A stretch of DNA of 64,000 nucleotides from Nitrospirota bacterium (lineage in GTDB: Bacteria > Nitrospirota > Nitrospiria > Nitrospirales > Nitrospiraceae): the NCBI GenBank assembly GCA_030682135.1, contig JAUXQT010000035.1, positions 1,022 through 65,021 on the forward strand. Reading direction: 5' to 3'. A program made the position numbers and the translations under genes. The notes below the pieces were generated by a model, which saw only the letters and a list, made by a program, of their open reading frames with translations, was not told the origin of the DNA and made no database searches. This document shows, in pieces, positions 31,014-40,852 of the stretch (positions are counted from its first letter, which is position 1; every line of letters starts with the position of its first letter).

Positions 31014-31045
31014 CCCTTCCTCTCTTGACAGAAAGAGAGGAAGGG
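31014..31045. other. perfect 12-bp stem-loop after pepF
   Basis: CCCTTCCTCTCT-TGACAGAA-AGAGAGGAAGGG; no U-tract follows, so it is not a canonical intrinsic terminator. Confidence 0.6.
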
Positions 31046-31053
31046 CATATGAT
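31025..31053 (+). promoter_or_regulatory. candidate sigma-70 promoter of bfd
   Basis: TTGACA (31025-31030, inside the hairpin loop), 17-nt spacer, TATGAT (31048-31053). Confidence 0.45.
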
Positions 31054-31063
31054 TCGTTCAGTT

Positions 31064-31082
31064 GATAACGGTTATCATAATC
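31064..31082 (+). promoter_or_regulatory. Fur-box-like operator
   Basis: GATAACGGTTATCATAATC matches the 19-bp GATAATGATAATCATTATC consensus at 15/19 positions. It sits just downstream of the -10 and upstream of bfd. Confidence 0.5.
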
Positions 31083-31128
31083 GTTACTGGCGAGAGAGAA
31101 TTCTACTGACCGATAAGGAGTACAACCC

Positions 31129-31335
31129 ATGTACCTCTGCCTCTGTAAGGGAATCACCGATTCAGATGTCCGCGAAGCCGGACGAAACGGCATCGTCATG
31201 CCCTGCCAGCTCAAAGCGAAGTTTGGACTCAAAGAGGTAGGTTGTTGTGGTCGCTGCTCGAAGAATATCCACGAGTATGTGCAGATCGCGACGAGCGCCT
31301 GCCAAGCGCCTTCCCCCAACGCCGTGCGGAACTAG
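31129..31335 (+). CDS. bfd: bacterioferritin-associated ferredoxin, (2Fe-2S)-binding
   Basis: MYLCLCKGITDSDV...GCCGRCSK: the four-Cys Bfd pattern. Confidence 0.8.
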   Translation: MYLCLCKGITDSDVREAGRNGIVMPCQLKAKFGLKEVGCCGRCSKNIHEYVQIATSACQAPSPNAVRN

Positions 31336-31417
31336 GCAGAGCCAAGCTTCGCGCCTCTACTCCACAAGACCGTGCGACACCTCGTCAACTCGCGATTGAA
31401 ATAACGCGTCCATGTCC

Positions 31418-34400
31418 TCAGGATGCATTCGGCGAGAGTAGAAATTCAAAATCTGACTTGCTCAAGACCCCTTGCCCTGATCCGCGCACCACACCACGCA
31501 TCACCGCATCGTATAGATCGAGCTTCCGCTGCTTGAGCGCCATCATCTTTTCCTCAATGCTATGACGCATGAGAATCCGCACGATCGAAACCGTCCGCTG
31601 CTGTCCGATCCGGTGCGCGCGATCCGAGGCCTGATTTTCCACCGCCGGATTCCACCAGGGGTCCAGATGGAACACATAACTCGCTTTGGTGAGGTTCAGC
31701 CCCTGCCCCCCCGCCTTGAGACTGAGGAGAAACACGCCAGGCTGTTTGCCGCCTTGAAACGCCGCCACGCGAGTTTTGCGCGCGGTGGCCACCGTAGAGC
31801 CATCCAACCGGTGATACGGCAGTCCGTGCCGGACACAGGATTCCTCCACCAGATCGAGAAAGCTGGTGAACTGGGAAAACACCAGCGCACTGTGCCCCTC
31901 GTCCAGCAATACCTGTAATCGTTCTATCAAGAAACTGATTTTTGGAGAGGACTCCTCGTCCCGGTTCGTCAGCAAGCGAGGCGAGAGGCAGACCTGGCGG
32001 AGCTTGAGGATCGCCGTCAGCGCGATGAACTGCGCCTGGCCGGACGTCTTCGTCCGGTAGGCCTCGTCGATCGTGGTGCGGACCTGAGCGACCGTCTGCT
32101 GGTACATGGCCTTTTGCCGATCGGTCAAGTCGAGGAACACCTCGCTCTCGATCTTCGGCGGCAAGTCGTGGAGCACCTCTGCCTTGGTCCGCCGCAAGAT
32201 GAAGGGCTTAGTCCGGCGAAGCAACTGCTCCAATGCCGCGCCCTGAACACGTTTGAGACCGGCCTTGAACCGGCTATACTCGCCGAGCAATCCAGGCATG
32301 CAGAGGTCGATCACAGAGAAATACTCGCCGAGATGGTTTTCGAGCGGGGTGCCGGTCAGCGAGATTTTAAATCGTCCGGCGAGACGGCGGGCGGCGCTCG
32401 TCGTGTCGGCCTGAATATTCTTCACGGCCTGTGCCTCGTCGAACACGATGACATGGAAGGCCAAACGCTCCAATCGTTCGATGTCACGGCGAATCAGCCC
32501 ATAGGTCGTGATCACGACCTCGCCATCCTTGGCATCGAACGTCCGCTCACTGCCGCTATAGACATGAACTTTTAATCCTGGCGCAAAGCGTGCCAGTTCC
32601 TGCTCCCAGTTGAAGAGCAGACTCGTCGGCACGACAACCAGATGGGGGCCCTTCACTCCCACCGCCGTCTTGATGTGCCCGTCCTGAATGGCAGCCAGGA
32701 GGCAGATCGCCTGAAGCGTCTTGCCCAGCCCCATGTCATCGGCCAAACAGGCGCCGAAACGGTGCTCGTAGAGAAAGGCGAGCCAGGCATACCCATCCCG
32801 TTGATAGGGGCGAAGCGTCGCTTGCACACCCTCCGGCAGAGGACGTGGGGCAATCTGCGTAAATCCCATAAGACGCGCCAGCACGGCCTCGTCTTCGGCA
32901 GGCAACGAGACCCTAATCCCCTGCTCCCGCAATGCCAGCCAGTCGAGGATCTGCAGGCGCGGCACATGCACAATCTTCGTGGTGCCCTGATCTGCCAGCG
33001 GCTCGCCGGTCAAGGCGAGGATCGCACGCAGCCGTTCCATCGTCTGGCGATCCAGCACCCGTAACCCACCTTGGGCATCGATCAACCCACCCTGCAGGAA
33101 AGCCGCCCGCCATTCCGATTCGTCCAGCACCACGCCGTTGCACCGGATTTCAGGACGGATTTCAAACCAGTCGATGCCACTCCCTTCAGGCTCGATATGA
33201 TCGACCTGGGCGGAACAATCCCACTGAGCAGGCTTGATAGGCTGATCCTGATACAGCAATTCGATGCCAGCGATTGTCAGTCTGTCCAGGAGAGCCGGCA
33301 ACCCTTGGAACAACTGCGGCCCATCGACCGTCATCTCATCGTAGCGCGGCATGCCTCGAAAGACCTCCGGGCCGAATACCTCGAACGGGATCCTGTACAG
33401 CTGCGCCTCGCGGGCCTTGTCCACCGGCTGCAGTTCCCATCGCCCTGCGTGAACCTGCAGCCGCACGACTGCCCTGGCATAACCGGAGAGATGCTGATTG
33501 AGCCACTGTGCCGCCTCGTCGCTGACGGCACGTGGCCAACCGTCCAGGCCGAGGGCCATTTTGATACGTTGGTCTCGCACCTTCGCCTCACGCACAGACA
33601 GCAGGCTAAAGAAGGTCTCGTACATCAGGGTTTTTCGTTTGGATGTGCGTAACGCGCCGGACAGGGTCAGGCCCTGTCCCAGCGCCGAAAGACACCCGAA
33701 CGTTGCGAGGCTCGGAGCAAACCGGAAATCGCCGCGACGACATTGCGCCTGCAGCGTCCATGAGGTCGATGGATGGCCTTCGGTGCCGGACGGAGGATTC
33801 AGAATCAGGGCATATGCATGGGCATCATCCGCAGGCGAAAGCTCAGGCCGATGGACCGGCAGATCCTGGCCCTCCACTTTCAGCCGCAGATCGCGCACGA
33901 TCCGATTGATCTGTTTGTATGCCAGATCGATTTGTGCGGGCTGAAACTCCTCCAGCGACAGCGTGAATTCCGTATCCTCATCCGCTCCTTGCGATCGCCC
34001 GTACCCCGACTCATCTGATGACGGCGCCGCACGCGCCCCCTCCTCAAGATCGGCATAGGGATCGACAAACGGCTCACCCCCCTTGAAACGTTGCCGCAAC
34101 GAGCGGAACAACGCCCAGCCCTGCTCGTCTTTCAAATAGAGCAGCCTCCCTCCATTTATATCGGCCACAAACGTCCTGAAACGGACGATCCGCTCAAGGG
34201 GGATCTCATCGGCAAGACAGACAGCGCGGACCCGGATCTGGTCGCCAGCGAGATCGATCTCCGTCTTACTCCGGCACTTGACCGACTGACTCCAGTGAAG
34301 CGGGATCGATTCGTCGCCGGCGACCAACAGGATTGGATAGGGACTGTCGTGCACTCTGAGATAGTGCAGCAAGGGGTCTTCCCCGAACCCGGACATGTGC

Positions 34401-35050
34401 CGGGACACATTGAGAAGAGGAACCAGGTCGGACGGAATGTCAGAGCCCCATTCCCCGGAAAGTGGCACCCCATGTTTCCGGATCAGAAGCTGCGGAGGCA
34501 GATGGCTGGCATCAATGACGATCTCATAGGCCGATTCCTTGCGGGCCGCTCCGGTGGAAGCCGGCTTGACCGCCCTGACCGGCTCCGGGATGTTGCCGAG
34601 CAATTCAGCCTGGAGCCCAAGCAGCTCATTGTGATGACCTCCCGGCAATCTGAATAGCTGCGGTGAGAGCACATGTTTGGTCGTGAAATAGGCGCACAAC
34701 ACATGTTTGCACAACCAGCCGGGGTCCCATGCCGGGCAATCGCAGGAGGCCGACAAGAACCCGTCGACGATAGAGAAGACGACCTCGTAGAGTCTGGTCC
34801 CTTCCACCTGCGCCGTCAGCGTTGTGCGGTCCTGGCTCCAGACATAATGCTGGAGCCGCTGCTCTTGATAATAGTCGTAGCCCTTGAGGACAGAGGCCTT
34901 CGGAGCCATCGTGTAGACCGCATTCGCCGATATGGCGCGAAAGGCGGCCAAGAGCGCAGCTGATTCGGGGGTAGGACGCGGAAGGACCATCCCCTGTTCA
35001 GACATGGGACGATCCCCCTGCCCGCGACGGGATGAGGTCTTTTTCCGCAT
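31418..35050 (-). CDS. SWIM zinc-finger / SNF2-family helicase
   Basis: N-terminal CDCPAWDPGWLCKH (SWIM); C-terminal LADDMGLGKT, DEAQAVKN, helicase C motifs (QASDRAHRIGQ). Confidence 0.85.
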   Translation of the reverse strand: MRKKTSSRRGQGDRPMSEQGMVLPRPTPESAALLAAFRAISANAVYTMAPKASVLKGYDYYQEQRLQHYVWSQDRTTLTAQVEGTRLYEVVFSIVDGFLSASCDCPAWDPGWLCKHVLCAYFTTKHVLSPQLFRLPGGHHNELLGLQAELLGNIPEPVRAVKPASTGAARKESAYEIVIDASHLPPQLLIRKHGVPLSGEWGSDIPSDLVPLLNVSRHMSGFGEDPLLHYLRVHDSPYPILLVAGDESIPLHWSQSVKCRSKTEIDLAGDQIRVRAVCLADEIPLERIVRFRTFVADINGGRLLYLKDEQGWALFRSLRQRFKGGEPFVDPYADLEEGARAAPSSDESGYGRSQGADEDTEFTLSLEEFQPAQIDLAYKQINRIVRDLRLKVEGQDLPVHRPELSPADDAHAYALILNPPSGTEGHPSTSWTLQAQCRRGDFRFAPSLATFGCLSALGQGLTLSGALRTSKRKTLMYETFFSLLSVREAKVRDQRIKMALGLDGWPRAVSDEAAQWLNQHLSGYARAVVRLQVHAGRWELQPVDKAREAQLYRIPFEVFGPEVFRGMPRYDEMTVDGPQLFQGLPALLDRLTIAGIELLYQDQPIKPAQWDCSAQVDHIEPEGSGIDWFEIRPEIRCNGVVLDESEWRAAFLQGGLIDAQGGLRVLDRQTMERLRAILALTGEPLADQGTTKIVHVPRLQILDWLALREQGIRVSLPAEDEAVLARLMGFTQIAPRPLPEGVQATLRPYQRDGYAWLAFLYEHRFGACLADDMGLGKTLQAICLLAAIQDGHIKTAVGVKGPHLVVVPTSLLFNWEQELARFAPGLKVHVYSGSERTFDAKDGEVVITTYGLIRRDIERLERLAFHVIVFDEAQAVKNIQADTTSAARRLAGRFKISLTGTPLENHLGEYFSVIDLCMPGLLGEYSRFKAGLKRVQGAALEQLLRRTKPFILRRTKAEVLHDLPPKIESEVFLDLTDRQKAMYQQTVAQVRTTIDEAYRTKTSGQAQFIALTAILKLRQVCLSPRLLTNRDEESSPKISFLIERLQVLLDEGHSALVFSQFTSFLDLVEESCVRHGLPYHRLDGSTVATARKTRVAAFQGGKQPGVFLLSLKAGGQGLNLTKASYVFHLDPWWNPAVENQASDRAHRIGQQRTVSIVRILMRHSIEEKMMALKQRKLDLYDAVMRGVVRGSGQGVLSKSDFEFLLSPNAS

Positions 35051-35190
35051 AGTGCATCACTATAAGGGGGAGAGAGGAGCGGCATCAAGGCACGAAAACA
35101 GAAGACGACTCGATCTGCAATCTATCTGGCTCCTTCGTCCGTCCGGCCGCTCACCGCTCGAAACAGGGAGTGGGAGCCATACGGAAGACT

Positions 35191-35826
35191 CTACTTGGCT
35201 GAACCGGCCTTGAATCTCGCCGCAACCTCGGCCACACGCCGGCCCAACGCCTTGGCGTCGGCCAATTCCTGATTGTCGATGCCCGGGCTGTTACCCTCAG
35301 TGGTGGCAGAGGCGCCGAACGCCCCGCCTCCGCTGACAACAATCATCTGGTTGCCCAACATCGCGGCAAGGATCGTCAGCATCGTCACTTCCTTCCCGCT
35401 GGACACCTGCCCACCCGTGGCAAAGGCTGCGCCGACCTTGTTCTTCATTTTCAACTCAGGAAACACCCCGAATTTAAACTGCCAGTTATCGAAGAAGGTC
35501 TTCACCTCACCAGACATATTCGACCAATAGACCGGCGAGCCGACCACGACCGCATCGGCAGAAAATAGCTCATCCGCCGTCACCTGGCCCACGCGTTTGA
35601 GCAGCACCTCGGTGCCGGGAATGCTCTTGGCACCTTCAACCACCGCCTCAGCCATGCGTTCGGTATTGCCTGAATGTGAATGGTAGGTGACGAGCACCTT
35701 CACCGGAGAAGCCGGCTCTTCGGCCAAAGCCTCACCAGATCCAACGCCCGGTATCAACAGAAGGAGACAAAGAAATAGCGTGCTAGGCAAGCGGAGTCGT
35801 GAACCGGAGGGGAACTCGGAACGCAT
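35191..35826 (-). CDS. flavodoxin-like NAD(P)H:quinone oxidoreductase (WrbA-like) with N-terminal signal-like peptide
   Basis: VLVTYHSHSGNTERMAEAV and VVGSPVYWSNMSG flavodoxin motifs, preceded by LFLCLLLLIPGVGSGEALA. Confidence 0.7.
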   Translation of the reverse strand: MRSEFPSGSRLRLPSTLFLCLLLLIPGVGSGEALAEEPASPVKVLVTYHSHSGNTERMAEAVVEGAKSIPGTEVLLKRVGQVTADELFSADAVVVGSPVYWSNMSGEVKTFFDNWQFKFGVFPELKMKNKVGAAFATGGQVSSGKEVTMLTILAAMLGNQMIVVSGGGAFGASATTEGNSPGIDNQELADAKALGRRVAEVAARFKAGSAK

Positions 35827-35870
35827 CGACGTACAACGAGCAGAACAGGGCGCGCAGAATCGGCGCCTGA

Positions 35871-36056
35871 TCAACGCCGGACGATTTCCTCTTCCATCCG
35901 CTCTTCGACGGAGACGTCCGTCAATGCCCCACGATAGTCGCACTTGTGGCAGCGAACACGCCATGCTTCGATCCATTTTTCCTGCACATACGACTGTCTG
36001 CAGGTTGGACAGACAAACACACCCTTGACGTAATGGACTTTTCGTACCTCTTTCAT
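35871..36056 (-). CDS. small zinc-ribbon protein
   Basis: 61 aa with CPTC...CHKC; only the last third of the 218-aa track ORF looks coding. Confidence 0.4.
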   Translation of the reverse strand: MKEVRKVHYVKGVFVCPTCRQSYVQEKWIEAWRVRCHKCDYRGALTDVSVEERMEEEIVRR

Positions 36057-36189
36057 GCGCCCCTCCCTTGCATAAGCTGGCCGAGGATGCCATAGCCAAC
36101 CGCGCGATTGCAAGATGCCCCCAGCCGCCAGAGGCCCAGAATAGAGCAACCGGCTTGACTCACTCCTGCCTCGCCGATAGGATGCACCG

Positions 36190-36657
36190 ATGCAACAACT
36201 ACGGCTACTGACGCTGCTATTCACCCTCTTCCTGCCCTTCCCCGGCTCAACCCAAGCAGGAACTGATCCGGTGATACCGGGGCTCATCCCGATTACCATC
36301 CCAGGGGGCATCATGATCCATGCGGAGTTAGCCGACACGCCCCAAAAACGCGCCGAAGGATTGATGTACCGGGAACACCTCGGCGCCGATCGCGGCATGC
36401 TTTTCACGTTCTTACAGGCACAGCCCTGGACCTTCTGGATGAAGAACACCAAGATCCCGCTCGATATTATTTGGATGAACGAAAAGAAACAGATCGTCCA
36501 CATCGAACAGAATGTCCCGATCTGCACGAGAACGGACGACAGTTGCCCGCAATATCGTCCGAATGACGAGTCGCTCTATGTCCTGGAACTCGCCGGGGGC
36601 CGGGCAGAGAGTTTGAAGTTGCAGCGGGGATCGAAGCTTCAGTTCAAGGTTCCCTAA
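36190..36657 (+). CDS. DUF192 domain protein
   Basis: Signal peptide; GLMYRE...GMLF...FWMKNTKIPLDIIWMN...YVLELAGG pattern. Confidence 0.75.
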   Translation: MQQLRLLTLLFTLFLPFPGSTQAGTDPVIPGLIPITIPGGIMIHAELADTPQKRAEGLMYREHLGADRGMLFTFLQAQPWTFWMKNTKIPLDIIWMNEKKQIVHIEQNVPICTRTDDSCPQYRPNDESLYVLELAGGRAESLKLQRGSKLQFKVP

Positions 36658-36667
36658 TGGGCGGAAC

Positions 36668-36766
36668 GGGTCTCTCTGGTTCATCTGGTCTGTCACGTCT
36701 GTCTGGTTGGTCTCAGGCAACCAAACAAACCAGATAGACCAAATAGACATCTGAACAAGACAGACG
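36668..36766. repeat. RepC 9-mer palindromic array, copy A
   Basis: TCTCTGGTTCATCTGGTCTG..TGTCTGGTTGGTCTCAGG / CAACCAAACAAACCAGATAGACCAAATAGAC; lies between two convergent gene ends. Confidence 0.7.
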
Positions 36767-36767
36767 C

Positions 36768-38948
36768 TTAGGATCGTTCCTGCCAGGCCCGCATGCGCCT
36801 GGCGGTAATGACTCCATCGACCCGCTCAACCGCTTTCAGAACCTGATCGAGATGCTGAGTGCCTGAGACTTCCACGACGAAATCCAGCACGGCCTTCTGA
36901 TCCTCTCGCGTCGTAATCTCGGCGCGGCTGATATTGGCATGACATTCAGCAATCGCGGAAGACACATTCGCCAGTACACCGGTCTTATCGACGGCCACAA
37001 TAGACATTTTCACCGAATGGGTACCGGGCGTGGCCGAGTCCCACTCCACTTCCACCAACCGCTCTTTGTCGTAGTCCAACGCCACAAGATTCGGACAATC
37101 GACGGCATGGATCGTCAGCCCGCGGCCACGAGTGATATAGCCGAGGATGCGATCGCCTGGCACGGGATGACAACAGCGCGACAGCTGCATCAACAGATCG
37201 CGCGACCCTTTGACCTGTACGCCCGTGTCGTCGCTCTTTCCACCCACCGATTTGTGCGGGGCAGAACGCTCCTGAACCGGTTCCGGTGTTCCAACCGGCG
37301 GGACGATGAGTTTGCCAATGACCTGCGATGTCGCCAGGCTGCCGAAGCCCACGGCGGCAGTCAACTCCTCGGTGCTCTCGAATCCAGACTGCCGAGCCAC
37401 GTCCAACAGCTCCGCCGACTTGAACATCTGCGCCGGGGCCATCCCCTGACGCCGGAATTCAGACTCCAGCAAACGACGGCCGATCTCAATGCTCCGCTTC
37501 TGTTCTTCGAGCTTGATCCAATGTTTAATTTTGGTCTTTGCGCGCGAAGTGCGGACAAACTTCAGCCAGTCCTTGTGCGGCGTTTGCGTCGATGAGGTCA
37601 AAATTTCAACCATATCTCCGCTGGCCAGTTCATGCTTGAGGGGCACGATCTTTCCATCCACCTTGGCGCCGACACAATGGTCTCCGACTTCGGTGTGAAT
37701 CGCGAAGGCAAAATCGACAGGCGTCGACCCTTTCGGTAATTCTTTCACAATCCCTTTGGGCGTGAACACGTAGACCACATCGTGAAAAAGGTCGAGCTTC
37801 ACCGAATCCATGAACTGCCGGTTGTCGGATAAATCTTCGTGCCATTCGACGAACTGGTGGAGCCAGCCGAAGGCCTTGGTGTCGCGATCGGCGACCTGTC
37901 CCTGCTCCTTGTACTTCCAATGCGCGGCGATGCCATGCTCGGCGATACGATGCATGTCCTCCGTACGGAGCTGGAATTCGACGTGTTCTCCTTTCGGACC
38001 GACCACCGTCGTATGCAGCGACTGATAGAGGTTGGATTTCGGAATCGCGATGTAGTCTTTAAAACGCCCCGGCACAGGCCGCCAGAGAGAATGGATGACG
38101 CCGAGCAGGGCATAACAATTCATCTTCGTGTCGGTCACGATCCGCAACGCCGTCAGGTCGTACACCTCTTCGAAGGTAATCGACTGCTTACTCATCTTTT
38201 GATAGATGCCGTAGAGATGTTTGGGCCGGCCGTAGACCTGTCCGGCCAATCCGTTCTCTTGCATGGCCTTCTGCATGAGGTGGCCGACTTCCTCGATATA
38301 TTGCTGCCGGTCTTCGTCCCGTTTCGCGACACGAACGCGCAATGCCTCGTACACCTCCGGCTTGAGATGCTTGAGACAAAGATCCTCCAGTTCGTTTTTG
38401 ATCCACCCGATCCCAAGGCGGTTCGCCAGCGGCGCATAGATCTCCAGCGTCTCCTGGGCGATCTCCTTCCGCTTGGGTGGGCTGAGATGTTCCAAGGTGC
38501 GCATGTTGTGGAGCCGGTCTGCCAGTTTGATGAGGACGACCCGGATGTCGTCCGCCATCGAGAGCAGCATTTTGCGGAAATTTTCCGCCTGCTTTTCTTC
38601 ATAACTCCGAAACGTGATCTTGCCGATCTTGGTCACCCCGTCGACCAGATGCACGACGTCTTTCCCGAACTCCCGTTCGAGTTCGTCAGCCGTGGCGACG
38701 GTATCTTCGAGGGTATCGTGCAGGAGCCCCGCAACGATGGCGACCACATCCGTTTTGAGGGAAGAGAGCACACCGGCGACGGCGATGGGATGTTGCAGGT
38801 AGGGTTCTCCGGACCGCCGGAGCTGCCCTTCATGCGCTTTGGCAGAAAAGTCGTAGGCCTTGCGGACTAGGCCGAGGTCGGCATCGGCAGCATAAGTTCT
38901 GATCCGATCCAACAGCTGGTCGAGGTCTGTGACGGTTTCGTACACCAT
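36768..38948 (-). CDS. spoT: bifunctional (p)ppGpp synthetase/hydrolase
   Basis: HD domain (HPIAVA..LHDTLEDT), RelA_SpoT synthetase, TGS and ACT regions. Confidence 0.95.
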   Translation of the reverse strand: MVYETVTDLDQLLDRIRTYAADADLGLVRKAYDFSAKAHEGQLRRSGEPYLQHPIAVAGVLSSLKTDVVAIVAGLLHDTLEDTVATADELEREFGKDVVHLVDGVTKIGKITFRSYEEKQAENFRKMLLSMADDIRVVLIKLADRLHNMRTLEHLSPPKRKEIAQETLEIYAPLANRLGIGWIKNELEDLCLKHLKPEVYEALRVRVAKRDEDRQQYIEEVGHLMQKAMQENGLAGQVYGRPKHLYGIYQKMSKQSITFEEVYDLTALRIVTDTKMNCYALLGVIHSLWRPVPGRFKDYIAIPKSNLYQSLHTTVVGPKGEHVEFQLRTEDMHRIAEHGIAAHWKYKEQGQVADRDTKAFGWLHQFVEWHEDLSDNRQFMDSVKLDLFHDVVYVFTPKGIVKELPKGSTPVDFAFAIHTEVGDHCVGAKVDGKIVPLKHELASGDMVEILTSSTQTPHKDWLKFVRTSRAKTKIKHWIKLEEQKRSIEIGRRLLESEFRRQGMAPAQMFKSAELLDVARQSGFESTEELTAAVGFGSLATSQVIGKLIVPPVGTPEPVQERSAPHKSVGGKSDDTGVQVKGSRDLLMQLSRCCHPVPGDRILGYITRGRGLTIHAVDCPNLVALDYDKERLVEVEWDSATPGTHSVKMSIVAVDKTGVLANVSSAIAECHANISRAEITTREDQKAVLDFVVEVSGTQHLDQVLKAVERVDGVITARRMRAWQERS

Positions 38949-38955
38949 GGTTCAC

Positions 38956-40653
38956 TCACTCCATCACACTCGGTCGAACATCGCGAATGCGGAGCTGAAT
39001 CCGGTCACGGCCGTTCCAATGGTTCAATTCAGGCGTGAAGGCCAGATCGACCGGGGTCCGAGACGGAATACCCCGCTCCAGCAACGACTTCATCCCGAAG
39101 GCAATACTGTCGAACGGCAGCGAGGTGCCTTGCCGCACCGTCATTTTCAAATGTTTCTCACCGACCGTGCGCGCATCCAGCACTTCAAGACGGGTCACGG
39201 CAAACGTGGGTTCCGGATTACCCGCCCCGAACGGATGTAGGGAACCGATTTCCTGGAGCAACTGCAGATTCACATCGTTCAACCGCACCTCGGCATCGAC
39301 GTTCAAAGTCGGAACCTTGGCGCCTTCATGATTCCACCCTGCCACCACGCCGGAGAACTTCGCACGAAACTCGTCGATCCGGGACTCGCGAATCGTCACC
39401 CCCGCAGCACTGGGGTGCCCGCCGAACGCCTCCAGCATCTCCCTGCAGGACGCCAATCCTTGATAGAGATCGAACCCGCCGGTCGTCCGCGCCGAACCCT
39501 TGGCAATACCCTGCTCGTTGATCGCCATCACAATCGCCGGGCGCTGAAACCGATCGACCAGACGCGCGGCGACAATGCCGACCACCCCGAGATGCCAATG
39601 CCGAGAAGCCACGATCAAGGCGGGCGGCAGCTCTTGATCCTTCAGCGAGGCCAGCGCCTCCGCCATGATATCCACTTCGATGCGCTGCCGTTCCCGATTC
39701 AGTTGCTCAAGCCGGTCGGCCAACTGCTGCGCCTCGACCGGATTGTCGGTCGTCAACAACCGCACGCCCAGCATGGCATCGTCCAATCGCCCTGCGGCAT
39801 TGATACGCGGCGCCAGCTTGAAGGCGATGGTTTCCGCCGTACAGTCCCGCGTCACCCCCGCCACCTGCTTCAACGCCCGAACCCCGCAGCGCGCGCCACG
39901 CGACAACTGCACAAGCCCTTCGCGCACAAAATTCCGATTCTCATCGTGGAGCGGCACCACGTCGGCGACCGTCGCCAAGGCCACGAGATCGAGCAACGAC
40001 TCCAACGGCACCCCGGCGACACCGTAGCGCAGCTGGTAGGCCTGCGCTACCTTGTAGGCCAGCGCGGCGGAACAGAGACCGCGAAACGGATAGAGTGCCC
40101 CGACTCGATGAGGATTCAACACCGCCACAGCCGGCGGCATCTGCTCATCGCTCTGATGATGGTCGGTCACCACCACATCCATACCGAGCTGCGCCGCCAA
40201 CGCGATTTCTTTATGTGAGGTCGTGCCGCAATCGGACGTCACCAAGAGCGAGATGCCTTCGTCATGCAACCGCTGCACGGCGCCGATGTTGAGGCCATAC
40301 CCTTCGCGGAGCCGATGCGGAACATAGGCGCGAACCTTGGCACCCAACCCGCCAAAGAACGACATGTAGACGCTGGTCGCCGTAATGCCATCGACATCGT
40401 AGTCGCCGTAAAAACAGATCGGCTCCTGAGTCGTGACGGCGCGGTGGAGCCGCTCGACCGCCTGTTCCATATCGGGAATTAAAAACGGATCGTGCGGTGA
40501 TTGCAGCGACATCCACGACGTCGCTTCATCAGGTGTTGTCACACCGCGAGCCAGGAACAACGAGGCGGTAGCAGGAGAAATCGAGAGGGCCCGAACCAAC
40601 GAAGCCTGCTGCAACAGATTGATATCACGGAAGACCCAAAGCTTGGACTTCAT
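38956..40653 (-). CDS. recJ: single-stranded-DNA-specific exonuclease RecJ
   Basis: DHH (GDYDVDG, VVVTDHH) and DHHA1 (GGHPSAAG) motifs. Confidence 0.95.
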   Translation of the reverse strand: MKSKLWVFRDINLLQQASLVRALSISPATASLFLARGVTTPDEATSWMSLQSPHDPFLIPDMEQAVERLHRAVTTQEPICFYGDYDVDGITATSVYMSFFGGLGAKVRAYVPHRLREGYGLNIGAVQRLHDEGISLLVTSDCGTTSHKEIALAAQLGMDVVVTDHHQSDEQMPPAVAVLNPHRVGALYPFRGLCSAALAYKVAQAYQLRYGVAGVPLESLLDLVALATVADVVPLHDENRNFVREGLVQLSRGARCGVRALKQVAGVTRDCTAETIAFKLAPRINAAGRLDDAMLGVRLLTTDNPVEAQQLADRLEQLNRERQRIEVDIMAEALASLKDQELPPALIVASRHWHLGVVGIVAARLVDRFQRPAIVMAINEQGIAKGSARTTGGFDLYQGLASCREMLEAFGGHPSAAGVTIRESRIDEFRAKFSGVVAGWNHEGAKVPTLNVDAEVRLNDVNLQLLQEIGSLHPFGAGNPEPTFAVTRLEVLDARTVGEKHLKMTVRQGTSLPFDSIAFGMKSLLERGIPSRTPVDLAFTPELNHWNGRDRIQLRIRDVRPSVME

Positions 40654-40807
40654 GAGGACCCCTTACACGATTCAGAGGCGAAAGAGCGGCTAACTATCTG
40701 AGAATTAAAGGGATACTAGCCTCTCAGCTCTCTGTTGTCAAACGCAGGGATGTGAGGTTTGCGGATGCGGGACGAAAGAACGCCTGATTCGAAAGGCGCT
40801 GCAGGGG

Positions 40808-40852
40808 AATAAAAAAGAGGGAGCAGCCTGCCAGAATCCTGGAGCTACTCCC
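40808..40852 (-). terminator. intrinsic terminator of pup
   Basis: RNA GGGAGUAGC...GCUGCUCCC (one mismatch) followed by UCUUUUUUAUU. The 5' stem arm overlaps the last Gly-Glu-stop codons. Confidence 0.6.

Noticed and set aside
31418-35050. SWIM/SNF2 helicase as a defence-system component (DISARM/Zorya-like)
   Set aside because: No methylase, nuclease, PLD or other partner gene is adjacent. The neighbours are bfd and a flavodoxin-like gene. Stand-alone SWIM-SNF2 proteins are common chromosomal genes, so I keep it as an ordinary helicase.
35871-36527. 218-aa ORF
   Set aside because: The N-terminal two thirds overlap the DUF192 gene region antisense and look non-coding. Only the terminal 61-aa zinc-ribbon part is kept, at low confidence.
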